A DNA stretch of 64,000 nt, taken from Eledone cirrhosa. Taxonomy: Eukaryota. The stretch lies in the NCBI GenBank assembly GCA_964016885.1, contig OZ024745.1:77004001-77068000 (forward strand), written 5' to 3'. Below, in pieces: positions 53,401-64,000 of this stretch. The translations under genes were made by a program, and so were the position numbers. Under the pieces are notes generated by a model that worked only from the letters and a program-made list of their open reading frames with translations, was not told where the DNA came from and did no database searches. Position 1 is the stretch's first letter. Every line of letters begins with the position of its first letter.

Positions 53401-53953
53401 GATGTCAACAATACTAAACTATAATGAACGTGGAATTTCCCATGTTCGAGATGGCTGTATCACTTACAACGGTTGATAATTTCCACAGACCAAACAGCTT
53501 GACTAGGTGTTTGTTAAGGTGATTGATACTGTTATCACGACATGTTCATGTGTAGGAGTAGGCGCGTGGGCGGATGTCTAGCACTTGGCTCATGGTTGAC
53601 TAGAAATAGATGGTGATGGTTATTGTTATGGTGGTACTGATGATGTTGATCATGATCGTGATGGGGATGGGTGGTGCTGCCGGCATGCGTTTATGTGTGT
53701 GTTATTGTGTATGTGAGTGTGCGTGTGTGCGTGTGTGCGTGTGTGAGTGTGTGTCTGTGTGAGTTTTTCTTGTGTAATCCATATCAACTCATAGTTTCAT
53801 GTGACGTATTAATGTTCAAATACTTTGTGCGTTTCTCTATACGATTATACTGTATACGAGTATTTTCATATGTATGTATGTATCTCATACATATACATGC
53901 ACACGATCGCGTGCGCACACTTTGACGCTTATAAACAGCATACATTATACATT

Positions 53954-54052
53954 GGGGTCATACTTTTTCCTATTACCCACTCAACTACCCTAAGTATTGA
54001 GTACTCTGGTGCGTTATGGTCCATCTGGTTCCTTACCACAACTCCTTCGTTA
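53954..54052 (+). mobile_element. Family A 3' fragment that starts at GGGGT
   Basis: Matches 41965-42062 (ggggtc...attacccactc..taagtattgagtact..ggtgcgttatggtcca) and is followed by (TA)n. Confidence 0.75.
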
Positions 54053-54081
54053 TATATATATACACACACACACACACACCC

Positions 54082-54156
<75 letters not shown>

Positions 54157-54354
54157 GATAAATAGAGATAGAGAAAGGGAGAAAGAGGCAGAGAGCATAG
54201 GGAAGAGAGAAACACAGAGATAGACAGACAAACAAACAGATGGACGAGCATATTGGCAGATACAGTGTCTGAATGAGAAAAAAAAGAAGTTGCAAGTCTA
54301 CCACTATCAAAGAGAGAGAGAGGGGGGGGGGGGCAATACAAATACGCATACATT

Positions 54355-54417
<63 letters not shown>

Positions 54418-55576
54418 GCATATATATATATATATATATGCATAACAATGATACAAATCTCTTCTAAGCGCTATATGGTTCCTTAAATCCGATGCTTAGT
54501 TTCTTCATTTTTCATTTGCTAGCTTTAATCGGAGATAAATCTCAAACATACAGGTTAAACAAAATATAAGTAAAAGCTATTATAAAGCGTATTTATCACT
54601 TAGTGGGTTATAATATATTTAAAAAATGTATAAACAATTGGATTTAGAGTTCGTTGATGTTTCGAGCCGTGCCGATCTTGTGTACTACTCATGTAAGGTC
54701 GAAGTGAAGGTCCCATCGATATACTCTCTGAAGTCATACTGCCAGAGTTATTTTATAATAATGCTATAATAATGCTATATTTATTCTTTTTAATTTATCG
54801 GATTAAGCTACAGGTGCATATATGTATAAACAAATATGTAGGCGTATGCACACATAGCAAGTTTCTGAAATGTGTGTATTTGTTGGACCTCTGTCGGTTC
54901 CGACGACGGGTGTTCTAGCTGTTTGATCAATGGAAATTCCTGCCCGTGAAATGTACGTGCAAGTGACAGATGCTTGTATCTTTAACGTGATTCTCAGGGA
55001 GATTCAGCGTGACACAGTGTAAGACAAGTTTGGCTCTTTGATTCTCAAGTACAACTCATCTTCCCAGTTGAGTGGTTTGAAAATATGGCAAAACACGCCG
55101 CCAGCAAACCAGCTTACGATTATGAGCCGAAAATCTTAACCACTAAGCTATTTACTTGTACAGTTCCTGAAGTATGCAATTTGATACCTTGGAGAACGGA
55201 AATGCTAGTCATTGAAGTAATTATTATTATTAATTATAACCTGTATTCTTGGTTTCTTTTGAGAAGTTATTGGGGTCTTATAAAAAGCAACGTCCTTATA
55301 TTTCAAGCTGTTTTTACAAGAATTCAGAAAAAATTTCACCTCTAACTAAAATGAAATTCTTTGAAAAGCCTTTTTTTCTCATCCTCTGATGATCTCTTTT
55401 CAAGCAAAACATATGATCAAAGACAACTTTGACCAGTTCTGTTTTTAACAATTGACATACAGTATTTATTCTTTAATATGCTCTGGCCCTTTTAGGTGGT
55501 AAGGTTGAGTGAGATTCGGGTGTTATTTCTTGCATGTCGAGCGACCACGTAGAGGCTTCTCGATAGGTCATTGGGG

Positions 55577-55861
<285 letters not shown>

Positions 55862-55882
55862 TTATTATATATATACATATAT

Positions 55883-56301
55883 ATAATATAAGATCAAAAG
55901 ATGGTGAAAAGAGTTCCAAGTATTTTATTATGCGCATTTCAAAAACAAATATCATCATGGGATGATATCTTCGTTCTCGTCAGATAATATATGGAGACAT
56001 GATATGAAGCTTAAAAAACACTTGTGAGTAGTGAAGTTTTAAATCAACATATGTTGATTTAAAACTTCACTACTCACAAATGTTTTTTAAGCTTCATATC
56101 ATGTCTCCCTATTTTATCTGATGAGAACGAAGATATCATCCCATGATGATATTTGTTTTTGAAATGCGCATAATAAAATACTTGGAACTCTTTTAACCAT
56201 CTTTTGATCTTATATTATTTATACTCCAGTCCTACAAACTGTAGAGTGCTACTTATCCGATATTTGCATTGCTTTATTGTGCTACAATAAAACTCACCTC
56301 C
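55883..56301. mobile_element. Fold-back Penelope-like remnant: 168-bp arms with no spacer (centre 56050/56051) plus an 83-bp tail
   Basis: 55883-56050 is inverted at 56051-56218 with a few mismatches. The tail has AGAGTGCT...CGATATT, and both flanks are TA-rich. Confidence 0.85.
56110..56180 (+). ncRNA. Type I hammerhead ribozyme (mirror copy at 55921-55991, minus, core CTGACGA)
   Basis: TATTTTAT-CTGATGA-GAA..ATATCATC(ccat)GATGATAT..TTT-GAA-ATGCGCAT-A-ATAAAATA: perfect 8-bp stem I and palindromic stem III. Predicted cut after 56172. Confidence 0.82.
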
Positions 56302-56560
56302 TATATATACATATGTATATATATATTGTTTAATTCTAAAATAAGAGTAATTTAAATTCTATACGTAGTTTTATTGTTCTTCGTCTTTTCAGTGATACTG
56401 TTTTAGTTATTTCAAAGAACCAATTGAAGTCTAATATAATAAATAAACAAACAAATATACTGAAGTATTTGTTGTTAACATATATTAGTTATGTTTCCCC
56501 ATAGATTCTGATGTGCAAATGATAACATCACAGATTAATTCAGTCCAGAATATTTGATCA

Positions 56561-56641
<81 letters not shown>

Positions 56642-58094
56642 ATCGTAAACCTTTGTAATAGGTTAGCATTTCTATGATCTATTATTCCATTGTTTTTCGT
56701 CGAGATTGTTAATCACATACAGTCTTACTGTTTCCCAGTTTATCATTAAACCTAGCATGTATAACGATAGAAAATTTATTTAGACGATACTCTTTCCTAA
56801 TTTAAACAGTTGCTAAGCTTTTTGCCAGATTCATAAAAAAATATTTTTATTTAAAGGAAAATACTATATGAATATAACAATTTCGCGTTACCAAATCACT
56901 TCGATACAGTTGATGTCCATCGTAAGGCTTCATGATGTGTAGATTTGTTTGGCCTCGGGAATTTCACAACAAAAATAAACTTGAAATAAAAAGTGAAAAC
57001 AAAAAGGGTGAAAGGAATAAAGAACGTTATAAGAATAATCTCCATCTATTTTAAACTTCTTTGACATGTTGATAATTTGTTACTTAAAACGTCAGTGATG
57101 GCCTGCAGGTTAACAACTTGTCTAACAAGTATTTCACAAACTTTATATTGTTTCTGTTTACATACTAACATCCAGTCAGGCTTTTTTTCGCTTTTCTTCC
57201 TTTACTCATATAATGATACGACAACGAGGATGTTTAAGTAATTGTTTTATATGTAAACATGATATAAAAGTTCAATGTCACTGATGTGATATTGTTGCAA
57301 GGAAACTAACACGTAACTTAGATATATTGACAATTCATTATGGCTTTCTCAAAGACATACAGTAACAGAAGTTTTAAAAACTTCACCTTTTTTAACACTC
57401 TATAGAAAGAATAAGTCCTACTTGAGCAAATTGAACTTTGTACAATAAGCTAACAAAATACTTAAATGATTATAAAAGATTCATAATGTTTAAAACAGTA
57501 CGCTATAATTCACCATAATCTAGGGTACCTTGTTTTATTGTTAAGTCCCGGAGCAACTCTAACCAATCCATTTGTTTGTGGATTAGGTTACTATTTCAAG
57601 CAAATTACATGACCTCGTGAGGTTCCGTTGTTGCAGTAGATAGGTAGTCAAAACCAGCCACAAGAGAATCAATTGTATTGGCATAGCGCACAGCTCATTA
57701 TAAAGTACAAGGCACTGGCCTTACAAGCAGATGTGGAATATCTTGACGACACAGTCAGCAACGAGTCTTACCGCAGAGTTGGATAAGACGATGAAAGCTA
57801 GCTTCCAAAGCGTTGTTGATGTTGATTAGCTCCAAGTTGGCTCTCGGTGACCGTACAGTCCTATGTCTAAAGGTGAGTAAGCCATGTTAATTCATTCTGT
57901 TTATTTTTAGAGATAGTATAAGTGCTACATTGTGCTATGTATCCTTCCATTTTAGCGATGTTAAGATATGATATATAAGAGATTTGGCAGATATATGTAG
58001 TATGTTCAGTAATCATGTAAACACCTTGGATAGTTAGCAATGTTGTTGATGAGAAAGAGGGGGCGACAGAGAGCGATTGACACACAGACACACA

Positions 58095-58159
<65 letters not shown>

Positions 58160-58163
<4 letters not shown>

Positions 58164-58400
58164 GTAAGTATGTATGTATACGTACATACATATATGTATA
58201 CAGACGTACAGTAGTATGTATATATATACATACGTGCACACATATATATATGTACGTATCGGTGTGCATGTATGTATATATATATATATATACTACTGTA
58301 CGTCTGTATACATATATGTATGTACGTATACATACATACTTGCATTTAAGTATCAGCCGTACTAAGAGTGAGGAATGAAATTTCGTTTCATTCTTTTCCA
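58160..58400. mobile_element. Fold-back element with tail; an inverted partial copy lies at 61147-61245
   Basis: Arms aaatgtaagtatgtatgtatacgtac... and ...gtacgtatacatacatacttgcattt. The tail aagtatcagccgtactaagagtgag..tgaaatttcgtttcattcttttcc is shared with 61147-61200. Confidence 0.7.
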
Positions 58401-58653
58401 TTTATATATATATATATATATCATTAAAGGATTTTAACATCTGAAACTACTTCGCTTTTTCTTATTCTATATATATATATATATATATATATCGTTTTCC
58501 TTTTAATATGAAAACTGGAAAGAAGTAGGGGGAGAAGTTAAAATACCTCAAAATACGGTAATTTATTATGATAACCAGTACAAAAGGCTGTTTCATACTT
58601 CCTTGAAAAAACTTTCAAATAACCATGTGTACGTATATGAGAGAGATAGAGAG

Positions 58654-58773
<120 letters not shown>

Positions 58774-58980
58774 TACACGTCTAATTTTAAAATAACAGAA
58801 ATGTATAAGACACTTGTTGAAGTATTTTACAATAGTCGTTAAAAAAGCTTTTACTACCTTCGTTATTTTGAAGACCCATACCCACCCCAATATGGATTCT
58901 TTCAAACATTCCTCTTATTCTATGGTTTTGCACCCGTCCTCACACCAATATTTTATGTTATCGTCGAGCGTCAATTTATA

Positions 58981-59028
<48 letters not shown>

Positions 59029-59115
59029 TATAAATTGACTCTCGACGATATATACTTGAAAGTACTGGGATCGATAAGATCGATTAAATCAGGGCGATGT
59101 CCCAGCTCGACGATA

Positions 59116-59195
<80 letters not shown>

Positions 59196-59199
<4 letters not shown>

Positions 59200-59393
59200 T
59201 GGTTACACAACAGTTAGTTCACATACCGAGAACAATTGTTTCACCTTAGCGGATCCTCAGCTCGTAATGGATCCGCTAAGGTGAAACAATTGTTCTCGGT
59301 ATGGTGAACTAACTGTTGTGTAACCACTTCTACCTAACTCGTCCCATGGACTGAGTGCTCTACCACCACGGATATTACCTTCCAGTGTTCTAC

Positions 59394-59396
<3 letters not shown>
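59196..59396. mobile_element. Fold-back element (59196-59330) plus tail
   Basis: Arms of about 60 bp; the tail contains ctcgtcccatggacTGAGTGCTctaccaccacGGATATT and is followed by (TA)n. Confidence 0.8.
59227..59264 (-). ncRNA. Minimal type I hammerhead
   Basis: Minus: CGAG-CTGAGGA-TCC(gctaa)GGT-GAA-ACAATTGT-T-CTCG; stem I is CGAG/CTCG and stem III is palindromic. Confidence 0.7.
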
Positions 59397-59453
<57 letters not shown>

Positions 59454-60415
59454 TTCAATTCAATCAAAACTGTACAAGATATTGTATAATAATCTACATT
59501 CACACTTACTCAATTTATTTTTATCATTGATTCTTTCTCTAGTTCTTTCTTCTCTCCTTCTCATACATTCAGTTACAAACACTGTTGCTTTCTCCATTTT
59601 TCGCTTTCTCTATTTTCTCTATTTTTCTCACCCCAATGTTGCTACAAATATAGAAGACATTACACTTTTATTGACTCTCGCGACACGAAGATAAGATTAC
59701 TATATTCTCTATATCTCTTTCAAAATGGATTTCCACGTGAGTTGATATAGAATATAAGATAAATATACACACACACACACAAACACACACATTATGTACA
59801 CACACACACACATTGTATGTATATATATATATATCAAATGCAGACAAATAAATAACACCAGTGGTAGCGACAACATCAACATCTTCCATGCACATGAAGC
59901 CTCAAAATAATAACGAAACGAATTATATTAGACCATCTCTGAAAAAAATTATTAAGACTTTTATTCATAAACCGAAATTATATCATAGTTTTATTCACGG
60001 AAACCTATGACAAAAGAATGCGTACAATATTACCAATGTTCTCCTCGTCACATTTCCAGCATCATCATTGCTACCACCATCGCTTCAGAAAAATACTTGT
60101 GATTGTAAGAATTCTTAACATTTGCCCCTGTACTATTGTCTATAGATATGCAAAAGTCAATCATTTCACAAATGTTTACGTTCTGTAGAACAGATATATA
60201 ATTTCATTTTTCAGCGTGCATTAGAGGATAGATAAATCGTGAGTTCGAAGTAATATTCTAGGTCACAAATTGCCTCAGGATATGGTGGATACGAGAATAA
60301 GTGAAGTGAAATAAAGGAACAGGGATTCAAATGTACTTCAAATACTTAGCTTCAGAAAGGTGTTTGGCGTGAGTTCAAATATCAAATGAAGAACTTTAGT
60401 AATATTTTATATATA

Positions 60416-60524
<109 letters not shown>

Positions 60525-60570
60525 AGTAAGTCAGGCATGTAAAATTTGGCTTCTTTTATTATAAATTCCT

Positions 60571-60623
60571 CTGCTATATATATTTCGGTGACAGCTATTA
60601 TTGGCTGTGACCTCTTCAGGCAG
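60571..60623 (-). ncRNA. Type I hammerhead ribozyme in a TA-flanked element (60519-60690)
   Basis: Minus: CTGC-CTGAAGA-GGTCACAGC(caataata)GCTGTCACC-GAA-ATATATAT-A-GCAG; stem I extends through aattc/gaatt and G10.1-C11.1 is canonical. Confidence 0.85.
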
Positions 60624-60692
60624 TACGAATTAATGTGGAAAAGACAGGATGTGTTGTTAGTCCTCCCAGGAACTGGAATCATATCCATATGT

Positions 60693-60806
<114 letters not shown>

Positions 60807-60810
60807 CATA

Positions 60811-60841
<31 letters not shown>

Positions 60842-60842
60842 C

Positions 60843-60942
<100 letters not shown>

Positions 60943-60944
60943 AG

Positions 60945-61002
<58 letters not shown>

Positions 61003-61008
61003 TGTATG

Positions 61009-61097
<89 letters not shown>

Positions 61098-61112
61098 GTA
61101 TATATATTTATA

Positions 61113-61149
<37 letters not shown>

Positions 61150-61275
61150 AAAAGAATGAAACGAAATTTCATTTCTCACTCTTAGTACGGCTGATACTTA
61201 AATGTAAGTATGTATGTATACGTATACATACATACTTACATTTATATATATATGTATATATATATACATATATAT

Positions 61276-62280
61276 ATAAATAAAAATAATGAATAAACAA
61301 AGAAACAGTTCCTTATATTAAAAAATTCATCATTTTACGATCGTTTCTAGGATATATATGTTAGTGTTGGTATGCATATCCTATAGATCTATGTAAAATG
61401 TTTACAAACTATCAGAGGGAATATACATACCTACACATATATATGCTGTCTTCAGAAATAATGATATTTGTTTATTGAAAAAAACCAACAAAGATTTAAT
61501 ACAATAGGTCTGTTTGGGAACAGGTTTTGAATTGACCAATAGAAAGGTAGTGAAGGTCAAGATGGTAAAATAGTAGTAAAAGAACCTTAATTTATGGGTA
61601 GAGGAAGGTAGATTTCAGTTTTGGATGAAAAGAATATTATGAATGAAAGATTATTTTAGGGATGAAAATAGGTCATATGCTATCTTCAGAAATAATTATA
61701 TTTGTTCATTGAATAAAACCAACAAAGATTTAATATAATAGGTCTGTTTGGAAACAATAAATTTTCATCCCTAAAATAATCTTTCATTCATAATATTCTT
61801 TTCATCCAAAACTGAAATCTACCTTCCTCTACCCCTAAATTAAGGTTCTTTTACTACTATTTTACCATCTTGACCTTCACTATCTTTCTATTGGTCAATT
61901 CAAAACCTGTTCCCAAACAGACCTATTGTATTAAATCTTTGTTGGTTTTTTTCAATAAACAAATATCATTATTTCTGAAGACAGCATATATATGTGTAGG
62001 TATGTATATTCCCTCTGATAGTTTGTAAACATTTTACATAGATCTATAGGATATGCATACCAACACTAACATATATATCCTAGAAACGATCGTAAAATGA
62101 TGAATTTTTTAATATAAGGAACTGTTTCTTTGTTTATTCATTATTTTTATTTATCTTGACTCTGTTTTCCGTTATTTTTCATTTAAAAAAAATTTGAATA
62201 CATCTTCTCTTTTCATGATATTCGGATTACATTGAGTTCTCCATACGGATTGGACACTACCGTACATTTTGGTAGATTTA

Positions 62281-62282
<2 letters not shown>
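61276..62282. mobile_element. Large fold-back Penelope-like remnant: 394-bp arms (61276-61669 and 61761-62154), a 91-bp spacer that is a partial extra repeat, and a 128-bp tail
   Basis: Arm coordinates are symmetric (pairs sum to 123430). The spacer repeats about 61441-61522 with substitutions, and the tail has TGAGTTCT...CGGAT. A fragment of the same family is at about 46635-46715. Confidence 0.85.
61966..62103 (+). ncRNA. Type I hammerhead with a long (about 100-nt) stem II (mirror copy at 61327-61464, minus)
   Basis: TCATTATTT-CTGAAGA-cAGcATATATATGT...ACATATATATcCTa-GAA-ACGATCGT-A-AAATGATGA: 9-bp stem I and palindromic stem III. The 10.1-11.1 position is C.A here, but the spacer copy has T, restoring a T-A pair. 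Confidence 0.78.
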
Positions 62283-62363
<81 letters not shown>

Positions 62364-62366
<3 letters not shown>

Positions 62367-62531
62367 ATAAGTTATTTCGGGTTGAATCGGAGGTAACCAC
62401 AGTAAGTAAGGTACTCAATACATAGCAAAATATAAAAGTTTTAATATAGAAGAGCTTCTACAGGACTAGAACTCTTTCATTCGTGAGAAATCATCAGGGA
62501 GCTCACTGATGATTTCTCACGAAAGAAGCTC

Positions 62532-62536
<5 letters not shown>
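62364..62536 (-). mobile_element. Small fold-back remnant with a degenerate hammerhead (62468-62497, minus) and a TGAGTACC tail
   Basis: Minus: CTGATGA-TTTC(tcac)GAAT-GAA-AGAGTTCT-A; stem I appears lost at the inversion centre (gagctc). Both flanks are (TA)n. Confidence 0.55.
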
Positions 62537-62596
<60 letters not shown>

Positions 62597-62911
62597 CACA
62601 GGGTAGTAAACTTTGAAGCATTGTGATTTTATCAACCACTATACACTTACATCAACCACCCCGCCCAGTAACAATGAAATACTGATTTCCTTCATAAGCT
62701 CAAGGCTCTAGATTTATAAGCGCGAGTAAATTAGATTATGCCATGTTTGGCGCAGCAGCCATTTTGTTTTTTTACCAACTGTTTCACCACAAAGCATCCT
62801 GGAGATTATTATCTTATAAAGACCGATATTATCTTATTAATGCTGAATAGGTATTGTCACGCAATCTGTTTCGATGTAGATTAAAACATTCAGCTTTATG
62901 ATATACCATAT

Positions 62912-62963
<52 letters not shown>

Positions 62964-63154
62964 ATATGGTATATCATAAAGCTGAATATATATTCATGCA
63001 TACATATTCACATACATATGTGTGTATGCGCGTGCGCGCGCGCGTGTGTGTGTGTGTAAGTATATGCATACACAAATATACGTAGATATATTATTAAAAC
63101 AAACATGCATGAACTCCCATACACACGCACATATGACACACACATATTCTGATA

Positions 63155-63211
<57 letters not shown>

Positions 63212-63254
63212 AACATTCTTTAATACTTTTATTGGTTTCAGTTATTAGTTTGTA

Positions 63255-63330
63255 GTCAAGCTGGGACATCGCCCTGATTTAATCGATCTTATCGATCCCA
63301 GTACTTTCAAGTATGGTACTTATTTTAACG
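63255..63330. repeat. Dispersed repeat fragment whose inverted near-identical copy is at about 59052-59112
   Basis: gctgggacatcgccctgatttaatcgatcttatcgatcccagtactttcaagtat is the reverse complement of atacttgaaagtactgggatcgataagatcgattaaatcagggcgatgtcccagc. Confidence 0.75.
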
Positions 63331-63424
63331 ACATCATTTTTGTCAAATCGCTACGTTACGAGTCCTAAACGTAGGAAGAGACACGAACGTAAACATAGAC
63401 ATGAGCATCTGTGCACGCACACAC

Positions 63425-63494
<70 letters not shown>

Positions 63495-63627
63495 TTATAT
63501 TAATAGTTTAGATAAAACCAAGGAGTTAAAGCATACGTTATCTCTTGGTTTCATTTAAATTATTAATGTATAACATCACTGCATGACCACGTTGCATTGA
63601 GCTTTAAAAACCCTGTAAATGGGTATA

Positions 63628-63697
<70 letters not shown>

Positions 63698-64000
63698 ACA
63701 TTAACAGAGAAAGCCTTAAGCTATACTCTGACTGGCTTCCATCTCACTCAACAAACATTAGGATATACCTTAGTATAATCCCAATTTTACGTTTGGGGTG
63801 CTAACTATATGTATTTTGCGGAAGACCAGTAGTATTATTTTATATGAGACATAATTAAAATATATCTCCTTTTCCAAACAATTGTTTCATTATAAGTTTT
63901 CTACAAGTTGGGAGAATGTGTCCGGGTTATGTAGAAGCCTTCACAACATTCCATAGGAATATATGCAGGTGGGCACTTATAAATCATCAGTGGATTCCCG

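Overview
Eukaryotic, AT-rich, microsatellite-dense animal DNA; the SINE families and (TA)n/(CA)n/(GATA)n density suggest a cephalopod such as Octopus (inference). 1-22270 is a 14-bp satellite (GGTAGTGGTCTCTT) with kb-scale higher-order duplications, and its ORFs are artefacts. 25798-26942 (+) is the only convincing coding exon, the first exon of a GPR158/GPR179/Smog-like class C GPCR; I found no later exon, so the remaining ~37 kb is probably intron. That region holds a 31-bp satellite (34.9-38.3 kb), tRNA-type SINEs, a TA-flanked MITE and GATA-associated Tx1/L1-type LINE ends. The main finding is about a dozen sequence-distinct short elements inserted in (TA)n tracts that carry type I hammerhead ribozyme motifs. 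Many are fold-back palindromes, so a hammerhead lies on both strands. They share a TGAGT(G/A)CT motif 40-65 nt from their 3' end, and some have unusual cores (U3-A8, an 8-nt core, U10.1.U11.1). This fits Penelope-like element pseudo-LTR remnants or retrozyme-like derivatives. All folds and alignments were done by eye.
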